Made by a program: the position numbers and the translations under genes
Part shown: in pieces, positions 13,648-24,596 of the stretch
Layout of the letters: the number at the start of each line of letters is the position of its first letter
Position numbering within the stretch: position 1 is the stretch's first letter
Notes under the pieces: generated by a model
Seen by the model: the letters and a program-made list of their open reading frames with translations, nothing else
What the model was told of the DNA's origin: nothing
Databases searched by the model: none
Assembly (NCBI GenBank): GCA_040881685.1
Contig: JBBECS010000017.1
Coordinates: 52,957 to 116,956 of the forward strand
Reading direction: 5' to 3'
From: Acidimicrobiia bacterium
GTDB taxonomy: Bacteria; Actinomycetota; Acidimicrobiia; IMCC26256; PALSA-555
Length of the DNA stretch: 64,000 nt

Positions 13648-14580
13648 ATGCCCATGCTGTGCCATCCTCGAACCATTGTGAACTGGGAAGCCACCCCGAC
13701 CACGCCGCGGCCGGCCGGACCTGGCTGGCACCCGGACCCGCTCGACCCCACCCGCCTGCGCTGGTGGGACGGCGCCGCCTGGACGGCCCGCATCGCCCGG
13801 CTCGAACCGGGCTCCGAGGCCATCTCCTGGCACGCGGGGATCGGCGACCTCGCGGCGCCCGACCCGCGCGGCGAGGCCCCGGCGCTCTCGAGCGAGCCCG
13901 CGGCGATCGGTCCGATCTCGACGGCCCCCCGAGTGCTCGCGCCGGTCCCTCGCCTCGAGGCGCCGGGCGAGCCCGACGAAGACAGCGCGTCGGCGACCTC
14001 CAAGCCTCGGAACTTGTCGCGGCGTACGTGGGCGGCGCTCGCGGCGGCCGTGATCCTGCTCGCGGCGGGAGCCGGCATGGGCACCGCCACCCTCGGCGAG
14101 GAGCAGCGGCCCCGGCTCGCGTCGACCATCCGCTTCGCCGATACCGACGCGGAGCTGCGCTTTCGGTATCCACACGAGTGGCGGGTGGACAAGGAGACAC
14201 CGGGCGTCGGCGTTCGGTTCGTCGTGTCGAACGCGAACGCCAGCGCGCTCGAGACCAACACGGTGCAGGTCAAGACCGACCCCGCGCCCGTGCCGTTGCC
14301 GGCACTGCACGTGCTGGCGAACCAGACCACCGAGCAGGTGGTCGCCGAGCTCGCCGACTTCCGGATGGTCTCCGCCGAGCAGACGCGCCTCGCCAGCGGC
14401 CCGGCGTTCCGCCTCGAGCTGGTCGACACGACGACCGAACCCGTGAAGCGCATCATCGAGTACGTGGGAACGACGGACAGCGGTCGGCCTCTGTACGTGA
14501 TCGTGACCGTCCGCGAGCCGCGCACCGCTCCCACCGAGGCAGAGCTCCGCCGGTTCCTCGAGTCGATCACTTCTAGCTAG
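13648..14580 (+). CDS. membrane-anchored protein with N-terminal DUF2510-like motif
   Basis: GWHPDPLDPTRLRWWDGAAWT motif, one TM (WAALAAAVILLAAGAGMG), extracytoplasmic C-terminal domain. Start uncertain. Confidence 0.7.
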   Translation: MPMLCHPRTIVNWEATPTTPRPAGPGWHPDPLDPTRLRWWDGAAWTARIARLEPGSEAISWHAGIGDLAAPDPRGEAPALSSEPAAIGPISTAPRVLAPVPRLEAPGEPDEDSASATSKPRNLSRRTWAALAAAVILLAAGAGMGTATLGEEQRPRLASTIRFADTDAELRFRYPHEWRVDKETPGVGVRFVVSNANASALETNTVQVKTDPAPVPLPALHVLANQTTEQVVAELADFRMVSAEQTRLASGPAFRLELVDTTTEPVKRIIEYVGTTDSGRPLYVIVTVREPRTAPTEAELRRFLESITSS

Positions 14581-14917
14581 CGGCGCCACGTGCCGCGGCG
14601 CGCCTCTGCGCCAGTGCCTGCTCGAGCTCGCGGATCCTCGTGAGCATCCGCGCCAGCTCGTCCTCGAGTTCCAGGATCTTGCGCACGCCCACCAAGCTGA
14701 CTCCTTCGTTCGTCAGCTCCTGGATCCGACGGAGCAGCTCAATGTCGCGATCCGAGTAGCGCCGGCTCCCTCCTTGCGTGCGGGCCGGTTCGATCAATCC
14801 CTTGCGCTCGTAGATGCGCAGCGTCTGCGCGTGCACGCCGGCCAGCTCCGCGGCGACGGAGATGATGTAGAGCGAGCGTTCGTGCGGGGTGGGTTCGCGG
14901 TGGCTCGTCATCGTCAC
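14573..14917 (-). CDS. hspR: MerR-family heat-shock repressor HspR
   Basis: LYIISVAAELAGVHAQTLRIYERKGLIEPARTQGGSRRYSDRDIELLRRIQELT. Last gene of the dnaK operon; GTG 14917 overlaps the dnaJ stop (GTGA). Confidence 0.9.
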   Translation of the reverse strand: MTMTSHREPTPHERSLYIISVAAELAGVHAQTLRIYERKGLIEPARTQGGSRRYSDRDIELLRRIQELTNEGVSLVGVRKILELEDELARMLTRIRELEQALAQRRAAARGAAS

Positions 14918-16050
14918 ACTCCAAGGTGCGCGCGCGGGTCGTCGTCCAGCGTCTCGGCCAGTGCTTCGACCGCGGCGCGTTGGTCAGCGTTGGGCTTCTT
15001 GGGCACGACGACCTCGAAGGTCACGAGAAGGTCGCCGTCGTTGCCCTTGGCCGGGCTGATGCCGCGCCCGCGCACGCGCACGGTCTTTCCGCTCTCGGTG
15101 CCGGCGGGCACCTTGACCGTGACCGGCGCATCGAGCGTGGGCACCTTCACCTGCGCGCCGAGCGCCGCCTCGGGGAAGGTGACTGGCACCGTGACCGTGA
15201 GGTCCTTGGCTCCCGATCGACCGAAGATCGGGTGGCTGCCGACGTGCACCACGACGAACAGGTCACCCGGCGGCCCGCCGTTGCGTCCGGCCCCGCCACG
15301 ACCCTTCACGCGGATCCGCTGGCCATCGCGCACGCCGGCCGGGATCCTGACCTTCACGTTGCGGCGCCGTCGTTCGACGCCGGTCCCGCGGCATTTCGAG
15401 CACGCGTGGGTCACGATCTGTCCGCGGCCGCCACACGTCGGGCAGACCTGGGAGAACGAGAACGGACCCTGGTCGACGGCCACGGATCCGCTGCCGCCGC
15501 AGGTTGCGCAGCGCTCGGGCATCGTTCCCGGCTCGGCGCCATTGCCACCGCACTTCGAGCACGCCGCGTCAGACGTGAGCGCCACCGAAGTGGTGACGCC
15601 GTGTACGGCGTCGAGGAAGTCGAGGCGCAGCTCGGTCTCGAGATCGTGGCCGCGCTGAGGCGCAGTCGGTGGACGCCCAGGCTGGCGCCCCGCACCGCCT
15701 CCGAACAAGCCACCGAACAGGTCGCCGAGTCCACCCCCCTCACCGAAGTCGAAGGTCGCGCCCTCGAAGCCGCGGCCGCCGAATCCGCCGGCCCCTGGGC
15801 CGCGCCCGGTCGCGACCATCTGGCGGACCTCGTCGTACTCCTTGCGGCGGTCGGGATCGCCGAGCACCTCGTGCGCCGCGGAGATCTCCTTGAAGCGCTC
15901 CTCCGCGGCCGCGTCGCCCGAGTTCGCGTCGGGGTGATACTGCTTGGCGAGGTTGCGGTAGGCCTTCTGGACATCCTTGTCGGTCGCGCTCGCACTCAGC
16001 CCCAGGACCTCGTAGTAGTCCTTCTCGAACCATTCGCGTTGCGGCGCCAT
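14914..16050 (-). CDS. dnaJ: molecular chaperone DnaJ
   Basis: J domain (YHPD), G/F-rich region, four CxxCxGxG zinc motifs. Confidence 0.95.
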   Translation of the reverse strand: MAPQREWFEKDYYEVLGLSASATDKDVQKAYRNLAKQYHPDANSGDAAAEERFKEISAAHEVLGDPDRRKEYDEVRQMVATGRGPGAGGFGGRGFEGATFDFGEGGGLGDLFGGLFGGGAGRQPGRPPTAPQRGHDLETELRLDFLDAVHGVTTSVALTSDAACSKCGGNGAEPGTMPERCATCGGSGSVAVDQGPFSFSQVCPTCGGRGQIVTHACSKCRGTGVERRRRNVKVRIPAGVRDGQRIRVKGRGGAGRNGGPPGDLFVVVHVGSHPIFGRSGAKDLTVTVPVTFPEAALGAQVKVPTLDAPVTVKVPAGTESGKTVRVRGRGISPAKGNDGDLLVTFEVVVPKKPNADQRAAVEALAETLDDDPRAHLGV

Positions 16051-16109
16051 GTCAGCTCTTCCGCTCTCGGCCCTGCGGGCCGGGCCGCTCGGGCCACGGT
16101 GAGCTGCGT

Positions 16110-16139
16110 CGCACGGTACGTGCGCCGCGGTCGCTCACC
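16110..16139. repeat. GTA-centred palindromic repeat, copy 2 (CGCACG-GTA-CGTGCG then CCGCGGTCGCTCACC)
   Basis: In the grpE-dnaJ spacer. Aligns with 1991..2021; the stem differs by a compensated G>C / C>G pair. Confidence 0.55.
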
Positions 16140-16654
16140 TCAAGCCTCCGAGCGCGTGACCCTCACCGTCGCCGGTCGGAGCACGCGGCCCTTCAGGCGG
16201 TAACCCGGTCGGAGGATGTCGAACACCACGGGGTCGCCTTCGCCGTCTTCCTGCGCCACGGCTTCGTGCTCGTGCGGGTCGAACGGCTTGCCGAGCGCGT
16301 CGATGCGCTCCAACCCCGCCTTCTCGAGCACGCCGAGCAAATCGGCGTACACGAGTTCCACGCCCTTGCGGACCTGCTCGTCCGTCTCGGGAAGATTGGC
16401 CAGCGCCAGCTCGAAGGTGTCGAGCACGGGGAGGAGCTGCTCGATCAGCGACTCGTTGGCGCGCTCGATCTTCTCGGTCTGCTCACGCAGCATGCGCTTG
16501 CGGTAGTTCTCGAAGTCGGCCTGGACGCGCTGGGCGAGCTCGCGGAAGTCGTCCCGCTCCTTCGAGAGCGCGATGAGATCCTCCTCGACCGAAGCTTCTG
16601 CCTCCTCGACCGAGCCGGGTTCCTCCGCGTGCTCGTCCATGGCTTCGTCGCCCA

Positions 16655-16655
<1 letters not shown>
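16140..16655 (-). CDS. grpE: nucleotide exchange factor GrpE
   Basis: RVQADFENYRKRMLRE...LLPVLDTFELAL... ATG overlaps the dnaK stop by 1 nt (TAATG). Confidence 0.93.
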
Positions 16656-18499
<1,844 letters not shown>

Positions 18500-18521
18500 G
18501 GTGGTTCCTCCGGGTCTACAG

Positions 18522-18545
18522 ACTTGAGTGTGAAGGTATCAACTT
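18522..18545. promoter_or_regulatory. HspR operator (HAIR-like) upstream of dnaK
   Basis: CTTGAGT-N7-TATCAAC (TTGA-N11-TCAA), ~25 nt upstream of the dnaK ATG. Read on the minus strand it shares AAAGTTGAT...TAGACC with the clpB upstream region. Confidence 0.65.
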
Positions 18546-18635
18546 TCCCCGGCGGGTCGCTATTCCTGCGAGTCCAGGTTTTCGCCCCGAGGGGCCAACG
18601 GCGCACGCGGGCACGGCTATCGCTAGATTCCCCGC

Positions 18636-19058
18636 ATGGCGAAGGATTCATTCGTTGACCACCTGGCCGAGGTCCCGCTGTTCTCGGCCTGCTCCAAGAA
18701 GGACCTCCAGCAGGTCGCGCGGCGGGCGGAGGACATCCGGGTGGACACCGGGAAGGTCCTGGTGAGCGAGGGCGCCGCCGGCGCCGAGTTCTTCGTGATC
18801 ATCGACGGCAACGCCAAGGTCACCCGCCACGGACAGGAAGTCGCGACGCTCGGACCGGGCGACTTCTTCGGCGACCTCGCCCTCCTCGACCGGGCTCCTC
18901 GCAACGCCACCGTGACGGCGTCTACGCCGATGGAGCTCGTGGTGCTCGGTCAGCGCGAGTTCGCCGCGCTGATCGATGAGGTCCCCGGCTTCGCGCACAA
19001 GCTCCTCGCCGGCATCGCCCGACGGCTGCGCGCGTACGACGCCCAAGCCGTTCAATAG
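18636..19058 (+). CDS. stand-alone cyclic-nucleotide-binding domain protein
   Basis: 140 aa. FFVIIDGNAKV...GPGDFFGDLALLDRAPRNATV is a typical CAP/cNMP effector-domain pattern. No attached output domain. Confidence 0.85.
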   Translation: MAKDSFVDHLAEVPLFSACSKKDLQQVARRAEDIRVDTGKVLVSEGAAGAEFFVIIDGNAKVTRHGQEVATLGPGDFFGDLALLDRAPRNATVTASTPMELVVLGQREFAALIDEVPGFAHKLLAGIARRLRAYDAQAVQ

Positions 19059-19070
19059 CATTCGTCGCTC

Positions 19071-19112
19071 GCGGCGGCGCAGGGTACCTGCGCCGCCGTC
19101 GCTCGCTCCTGG
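19071..19112. repeat. GTA-centred palindromic repeat, copy 3 (12-bp arms CGGCGGCGCAGG/CCTGCGCCGCCG, then CGTCGCTCGCTCCTGG)
   Basis: Perfect 12+3+12 palindrome at 19072..19098 with a GGTACC core, 13 nt after the stop of the cNMP gene. Followed by two small hairpins (CTCGC-TCCTG-GCGAG; GCACCC-TTC-GGGTGC). Confidence 0.7.
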
Positions 19113-19181
19113 CGAGCACCCTTCGGGTGCCGCGGTTCTCGAATCGCCGCGTTTGCTTGGCTGAGCACTAGGTTCTCGGCC

Positions 19182-21377
19182 GTGCGCCGGCCGAAGCCGC
19201 ACCAATTCGTCCTCGCCGTCGGTGTGCTCGCCGCGCTCGGCGCGCTCGCGTCGGGCATCATCCCGAGGCTGACGGAATGGGAGGACGACTCCCCAATCAG
19301 TCGGCACGTGTTCGTCAATGTGCCTGACGCCATCTATTGGGTCTTCTACGGCGTGATCGTCGTGATGCTCCTGGCCGTTACGTGGCTGGTGTCTGTGCGC
19401 GTCCGCAACTACGAGCGCGGCCAGCCCGACGACCGCAGCACGAACAGGAAGAACGTGCACCGACGGCTGCGCGACTTCCGTGCCGGCGTGTGGATGCAGA
19501 CACTGCTGCGCGACCCCGCCGCCGGCGTGATGCACTCGTGCATCTACTTCGGCTTCCTCGTGCTCTTCGCGGCGACCGTCATCCTCGAGATCGACCACCA
19601 GATGCCCGAGGAACTCAAGTTCCTCCACGGCGACGTGTACAAGGGGTACGCCGCGACCGCCGACCTGTTCGGCGTGGTGTTCATGGTCGGCATCGTCTGG
19701 GCGATGGCCCGTCGGTACGGCCAGCGCCCGTACCGCATCCGCATCAAGACCAAGCCCGAGGACGCGGCGATCCTCACTACCTTCCTCGCGATCGGCGTGA
19801 CGGGCTTCCTCACCGAGGGGTTCCGGATCGCATTCGACGGCATGCAGCCGTTCGAGAAGTGGTCGTTCGCGGGCTACCGGGTTGCCGAGCTCGTCGACGG
19901 GTGGGAGATCGGCACCCTCGTCGACGCGCACCGCGTCGCGTGGATCGTGCACTTCGCCGCCTTCGTGGCGTTCCTCGTGCTCCTCCCCACCACGAAGCTG
20001 CGCCACATGATCACCTCGCCCATGAACATGTACCTGCGGGCCACCGACCGGCCCAAGGGTGCGATGAAGCCCATGCCCAACCTGATGGAGACCGACCTCG
20101 AGACGTTCGGGGCGTCCACGGTCGAGGACTTCACCTGGAAGCAGCTCTTCGACACCGACGCGTGCACGATCTGCGGGCGCTGCACCTCTGTCTGCCCCGC
20201 GCACGCGACGGGCAAGCCGCTCGACCCGCGCGAGATCGTGCTCAAGGTGGGCGAGGTCATGGCCGCCACGAGCACACCGCCGGTCTCTCCGCCCGTCGGC
20301 ATCGACCGCGACATCACGATCACCGTCAACTCGGTCTTCGAGCGGATCACCTCCGAGGAGCTCTGGGCCTGCACAACGTGCAAGGCATGCGACGAGATCT
20401 GCCCGGTGAACATCGAGATCCTCGACAAGATCCTCGACATGCGCCGGTACCTCTCCCTGATGGAGAGCGACTTCCCCACCGAGCTCGGCAACACGTACCG
20501 GTCGATGGAGAACTCTTCGAACGTCTACGGGATGAACCAGGGGGAGCGGGCCGATTGGGCCAAGGACTTCGAAGGTGTGGCGATCGTCGACGGCAGCGGT
20601 TCCCTCGACCATGAGTACCTCTACTGGGTCGGGTGCGCGGGATCGTTCGACGACCGCAACAAGAAGACCAGCCGCGCGATGGCGAAGCTGCTCACACGCG
20701 CCGGCATCGACTTCGCGATCCTCGGACCGAGCGAGCTGTGCACGGGCGACCCGGCCCGCCGGTCCGGCAACGAGTACCTCTTCCAGATGCTGGCAATGCA
20801 GAACATCGAGACGCTCAACGGGATGGGCGTCAAGAAGATCGTCACGCAGTGCCCGCACTGCTTCAACACGCTCAAGAACGAGTACCCGCAGCTCGGTGGC
20901 GACTACGCCGTCGTCCACCATTCGCAGCTGCTCATGGAGCTGATCGACGACGGCCGGCTCTCGATGGACGGCGCGTCGCTCGAGGAGCGCATCACGTTCC
21001 ACGACTCCTGCTACCTCGGGCGGCACAACGACGTGTATCTCGCGCCGCGCAAGGTCGTCGGCTCGTTGGTCGGCATCGATATTGTCGAGATGCCGCGTAA
21101 CGGCACGCGAGGCATGTGCTGCGGCGCCGGTGGTGCCCGCATGTGGATGGAGGAGCGCGTCGGTAAGAAGGTCAACACCGAGCGCTCGGAAGAAGCTCTC
21201 GCCACCGGTGCGTCGCGCATCGCGGTGGCGTGCCCGTTCTGCTACGTGATGATGGAGGACGGGGTCAAGGAGAAGCAGCGCGACGAGGACGTGAAGGTGC
21301 AGGACATCGCCGAGGTGCTGCTCGAGGCGATCGAGACCAGCGAGACGAAAGCAGCTCCGGCCCGACCGGTTACCTAG
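19182..21377 (+). CDS. membrane-bound Fe-S oxidoreductase (HdrD/DsrK-like: NarI-like TM domain + 2x4Fe-4S + two CCG domains)
   Basis: N-terminal ~6 TM helices; CTICGRCTSVCP and CTTCKACDEICP ferredoxin motifs; CCG-type cysteine motifs (WVGCAGSF..., CPHC, MCCGAGG, CPFC). Recalls the mycobacterial Rv0338c type. Confidence 0.85.
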   Translation: MRRPKPHQFVLAVGVLAALGALASGIIPRLTEWEDDSPISRHVFVNVPDAIYWVFYGVIVVMLLAVTWLVSVRVRNYERGQPDDRSTNRKNVHRRLRDFRAGVWMQTLLRDPAAGVMHSCIYFGFLVLFAATVILEIDHQMPEELKFLHGDVYKGYAATADLFGVVFMVGIVWAMARRYGQRPYRIRIKTKPEDAAILTTFLAIGVTGFLTEGFRIAFDGMQPFEKWSFAGYRVAELVDGWEIGTLVDAHRVAWIVHFAAFVAFLVLLPTTKLRHMITSPMNMYLRATDRPKGAMKPMPNLMETDLETFGASTVEDFTWKQLFDTDACTICGRCTSVCPAHATGKPLDPREIVLKVGEVMAATSTPPVSPPVGIDRDITITVNSVFERITSEELWACTTCKACDEICPVNIEILDKILDMRRYLSLMESDFPTELGNTYRSMENSSNVYGMNQGERADWAKDFEGVAIVDGSGSLDHEYLYWVGCAGSFDDRNKKTSRAMAKLLTRAGIDFAILGPSELCTGDPARRSGNEYLFQMLAMQNIETLNGMGVKKIVTQCPHCFNTLKNEYPQLGGDYAVVHHSQLLMELIDDGRLSMDGASLEERITFHDSCYLGRHNDVYLAPRKVVGSLVGIDIVEMPRNGTRGMCCGAGGARMWMEERVGKKVNTERSEEALATGASRIAVACPFCYVMMEDGVKEKQRDEDVKVQDIAEVLLEAIETSETKAAPARPVT

Positions 21378-21404
21378 CTCGATCGCGCACGCGGGGGGAC
21401 ACGA

Positions 21405-22187
21405 ATGCTTCGGTGGCTGGCGGGTCAACCCGCCTACGTGCTGTTCCCGATCTTCATCGCGGCAGGCCTCATCGTCACGTTCTTGCTCGACGCGCTGATG
21501 CGTCGCTACGTGGCGCCCGACACCCGCGAGCGGGCAACGCACACCGCTGGCGTCATGCTCCAGGTGATCGCGACGATCTACGCCATCCTGATCGGCTTCG
21601 TCATCATCGACGAGTACACGCGGTTGAACGAAACCCAGGCGCAAGTGTCGAGCAAGGCCGCGGCACTCGCCGTGATCGACGCCAACAGCCGCGACTTCCC
21701 GGGCTCGGACCAGATCCGAGTTCGGGCCGCCACGCGCCACTACGCGCGGGTCAGCATGCGCTCCGAGATCCCCCGGCTCAAGGAAGATGCGAAGCCGGAT
21801 CGCTCGACCGACCGGGCGCTCGACCGTGTGTTCCGCGCGGTGCAGGCGACCGAACCGACGAGCGTGGCCGAACGCGCGGCGTACGACGCGAGCTTGCGCT
21901 CGCTCGACGAGGTCGTGCGGACCAAGGCCGAGCTGATCGACGCGGCCCGCCCCGCCGTGCCGACGACCTTGTTCTGGATGCTGTTCGTGGTCGGCGTCTC
22001 CGTGATGGGCATCGCAACGCTGCTCGACACGAAGCACCGAAAGTCACATCTCTTCATCGTGTCGACGCTCGGGCTCGTGATCTTCGTGACGTTCGCCCTG
22101 GTCGTCAGCCTCGATTTCCCATTCGGCGGGATCATCCGAGTCACCGACGCGCCACTCCGCGACTTCCTCGCGTCGGCGGCGCGCTAG
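21405..22187 (+). CDS. membrane protein, DUF4239-like (family recalled, unverified)
   Basis: TM helices at both ends flanking a soluble helical region. Starts 28 nt after the reductase gene. Confidence 0.6.
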   Translation: MLRWLAGQPAYVLFPIFIAAGLIVTFLLDALMRRYVAPDTRERATHTAGVMLQVIATIYAILIGFVIIDEYTRLNETQAQVSSKAAALAVIDANSRDFPGSDQIRVRAATRHYARVSMRSEIPRLKEDAKPDRSTDRALDRVFRAVQATEPTSVAERAAYDASLRSLDEVVRTKAELIDAARPAVPTTLFWMLFVVGVSVMGIATLLDTKHRKSHLFIVSTLGLVIFVTFALVVSLDFPFGGIIRVTDAPLRDFLASAAR

Positions 22188-22190
22188 CCG

Positions 22191-22763
22191 CTACTTCTTG
22201 TCCTCGAAGTTGAGGTAGTAGCGCGACGGCGTCGGCCCCTCCTGGCCCTGATACTTGGATCCCGTCTTCTTGCTTCCGTAGGGGTGCTCAGCGGGCGTCG
22301 TCATGCGCAGGAAGGAGATCTGACCGATCTTCATCCCGGGATAGATCGCGATCGGGAGCGTGGCGACGTTCGAGAGCTCGAGCGTGAGATGCCCGTCCCA
22401 GCCGGCGTCGACGAAGCCCGCCGTGACGTGGGTGAGGAGTCCCAGTCGCGCCAGCGACGACTTCCCGTCGAGCCGGGCGACGATGTCGTCGGCGAGCTGC
22501 ACCCGCTCGAGCGTGCTGGCGAGCACGAACTCGTTCGGGTGGAGGATGAACGCGCCTTCGTCGGCGACTTCGACGAGCTCGGTGAGATCTTCTTGCGGCA
22601 GCTTCGGGTCGATGTACGGCGTCGTATCGTTCCGGAACACCCGGAAGTAGCGGGCGATGCGCAGGTCGACCGACGAGGGTTGGATCGCGTCGTCCATCAA
22701 CGGGTCGATCACGATGTGCCCCGCCGCCAGCTCTTCGCGAATCGTCACGTCCGACAAGACCAC
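22191..22763 (-). CDS. dcd: dCTP deaminase
   Basis: [21 protein letters not shown]...SSVDLR...[11 protein letters not shown]...[19 protein letters not shown] 22763 chosen as start; the upstream 22 codons look non-homologous. Confidence 0.92.
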   Translation of the reverse strand: MVLSDVTIREELAAGHIVIDPLMDDAIQPSSVDLRIARYFRVFRNDTTPYIDPKLPQEDLTELVEVADEGAFILHPNEFVLASTLERVQLADDIVARLDGKSSLARLGLLTHVTAGFVDAGWDGHLTLELSNVATLPIAIYPGMKIGQISFLRMTTPAEHPYGSKKTGSKYQGQEGPTPSRYYLNFEDKK

Positions 22764-22841
22764 GGCGGCGGAGCCTAAACGGTTGACGCCGCAGACCCGC
22801 GCTACCCTCGCTGGCTTCTCGCGGCTCAAAGGGAACGGACA

Positions 22842-23431
22842 GTGCGCATCGTCGTCAGTGACTTCGTGAGCCTCGACGGGGTGGTCCAGGCTCCGGGAGG
22901 GCGAGACGAGGACACCGAGGGCGGCTTCGAGAACGGCGGCTGGTCGATGCCGTACTTCGACCCGGAAACGATGGGCGCCGCGATCGGCGGGGTCATGGAG
23001 ACGACGGAAGCGCTCCTCTCGGCCGTCGTACGTGGCAGACGATGGCGGCCGCGTGGCCGGGTCGCGCCGGCGATCCCTTCGCCGACCGCATGAACGAGAT
23101 CCCCAAGTACGTCGCGTCCCGAACCCTGTCCCAGGCGGACCTCACGTGGACGAATTCGACGTTGCTCCCCGCTGACGACGCCATCGCCGAGGTGCGAAAG
23201 CTTCGCGCGCAGAGCGGGGCGGATATCCAGGTTATGGGCAGCTCCAACCTTGCGTCGCAACTCATCAACAACGACCTCGTCGACGAGTACCGGCTGGTGA
23301 TCGAACCGATCGTGCTGGGCGGCGGCAAACGACTCTTCCCCGACGACGGCAAGGCCCACGGGCTCGAACTGATCTCGACGAAGACCTCGAGCACCGGCGT
23401 CCACATCTGCACGTACCGCCCAGCATCCTGA
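22842..23431 (+). pseudogene. dihydrofolate reductase-family (RibD C-terminal domain) gene interrupted by a -1 frameshift near 23019-23020
   Basis: ORF 22842..23093 ([40 protein letters not shown]...TEALL) continues in homology in ORF 23042..23431 ([36 protein letters not shown]...). The two frames join if one base is restored in ctcctc^tcggc. Confidence 0.8.
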
Positions 23432-23472
23432 CGTTGACCCAGGCGACGCTCGGATAGCCTCGCGGGCTTCTC

Positions 23473-23543
23473 GCGGGTGTAGTTCAGCGGCAGAACATCA
23501 GCTTCCCAAGCTGAGAACGCGGGTTCGATTCCCGCCACCCGCT
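23473..23543 (+). tRNA. tRNA-Gly (anticodon CCC)
   Basis: Manual cloverleaf: acceptor GCGGGTG/CACCCGC, D stem GTTC/GAAC, anticodon stem TCAGC/GCTGA with loop TTCCCAA, T arm GCGGG-TTCGATT-CCCGC, discriminator T. 71 nt, no encoded CCA. Confidence 0.93.
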
Positions 23544-23562
23544 CTGGGTTCTGACTGAAGTC

Positions 23563-23775
23563 GTGAGCTTGGGCCCCGACCGTCAGGGCCAGGGCATCGG
23601 ATCCGCGTTGATCAAGGTCGGGCTCGACGAGGCTGATCGTGCGCGCGTTCCGGCGTTCCTGGGAACGTCGAACCCGCGCAACCTCCCCCTCTACATGCAT
23701 CATGGGTTTGTGGTCGACGAGGAGTACAACGTCGGCCCGGCGCGCGTCTGGGCGATGCTGCGCCGCGTCGCGTAG
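23563..23775 (+). pseudogene. C-terminal fragment of a GNAT N-acetyltransferase (70 codons)
   Basis: Contains only the acetyl-CoA motif RQGQGIGSALI and the C-terminal ...NLPLYMHHGFVV. The N-terminal half is absent and the fragment begins 19 nt after the tRNA-Gly 3' end. Confidence 0.65.
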
Positions 23776-23797
23776 TGTCCGCGGCGTGTTCGGGGGG

Positions 23798-24577
23798 ATG
23801 CGGGTTCATGGGCTGATCGCGGCGGCGTTGGTGACGGTGTTCGCCACCGCGGGAGTTGCCGCGGCGGCGCCGGCGGCCACGCTCAAGTCCGAAGAAGAGA
23901 TCTCCGCTGCGTACTCGCAGGGCATCGCGCGGGTGAAGGGCGGCTGGATCGTCACCGCGCGCTTCCTCATCGCCCGGGTCGACGAGAAGTTCAAAGAGGT
24001 GAAAGTCAACCGGCGACCGATCCCGAGCGAGCTCGCCACCCAGGGCTACAACCACGTCGGCGACATCGACGTGGTGGGCAAGTTCATCTACGCGCCGCTC
24101 GAGCAGGGGGACTACACACGCGGGGAGCAGGTCACGGCGCGCTACAACCTCAAGACGCTCGAACTCGTCGACTATGTGACGGTCGCACAGAACGAGAACT
24201 CATTCGTCACCGTCGACCCGAAGACGATGATCGCCTACTCGTTCGACAACTTCGGCGGGCAAGAGCTGCTGCGCTACGACGTCCGCAAGGACTGGGCGCC
24301 GCTCGAGCCGATCGCCATGAGCCTGTTCGTCGACAAGGCCCAGGGGTGTGACGTGTCCGGCGGGTACGCGTGGATCTCGACGTCGAACCCCACGAACGAG
24401 CTCTACCGCGTGGATCTCGAGACCGGCCAAGTCGACGACCTTGGCAGCGGCGGGCACGTGCCCGGCGAAGGCGAGGGCATCGACGCCGCGAAGCTCAAGT
24501 CGGGTCGGTTCCACTCGATGGTGATCGACCCCAACATCGCACCGGTCTGGCTCGGGCACTTCGCAGTCTCGGAGTAG
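23798..24577 (+). CDS. secreted hypothetical protein (signal peptide, beta-rich)
   Basis: Start moved to MRVHGLIAAALVTVFATAGVAAAAPAA (ATG 23798). The upstream part of ORF 23639 overlaps the GNAT fragment and is shadow. Confidence 0.7.
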   Translation: MRVHGLIAAALVTVFATAGVAAAAPAATLKSEEEISAAYSQGIARVKGGWIVTARFLIARVDEKFKEVKVNRRPIPSELATQGYNHVGDIDVVGKFIYAPLEQGDYTRGEQVTARYNLKTLELVDYVTVAQNENSFVTVDPKTMIAYSFDNFGGQELLRYDVRKDWAPLEPIAMSLFVDKAQGCDVSGGYAWISTSNPTNELYRVDLETGQVDDLGSGGHVPGEGEGIDAAKLKSGRFHSMVIDPNIAPVWLGHFAVSE

Positions 24578-24596
24578 CCGTTCCCCGTTGGCGCGA

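Noticed and set aside
18648-22037. 1129-aa ORF on the minus strand, the longest ORF in the track
   Set aside because: It runs antisense across the cNMP-binding, HdrD-like and DUF4239-like genes. Its composition is dominated by R/H/D/E/G/A with no recognisable domains. It is a typical high-GC shadow ORF, while the + strand genes have clear motifs.
22993-23703. 236-aa minus ORF spanning the tRNA-Gly
   Set aside because: It overlaps a well-folded tRNA and the DHFR-family gene in antisense. No protein-like features.
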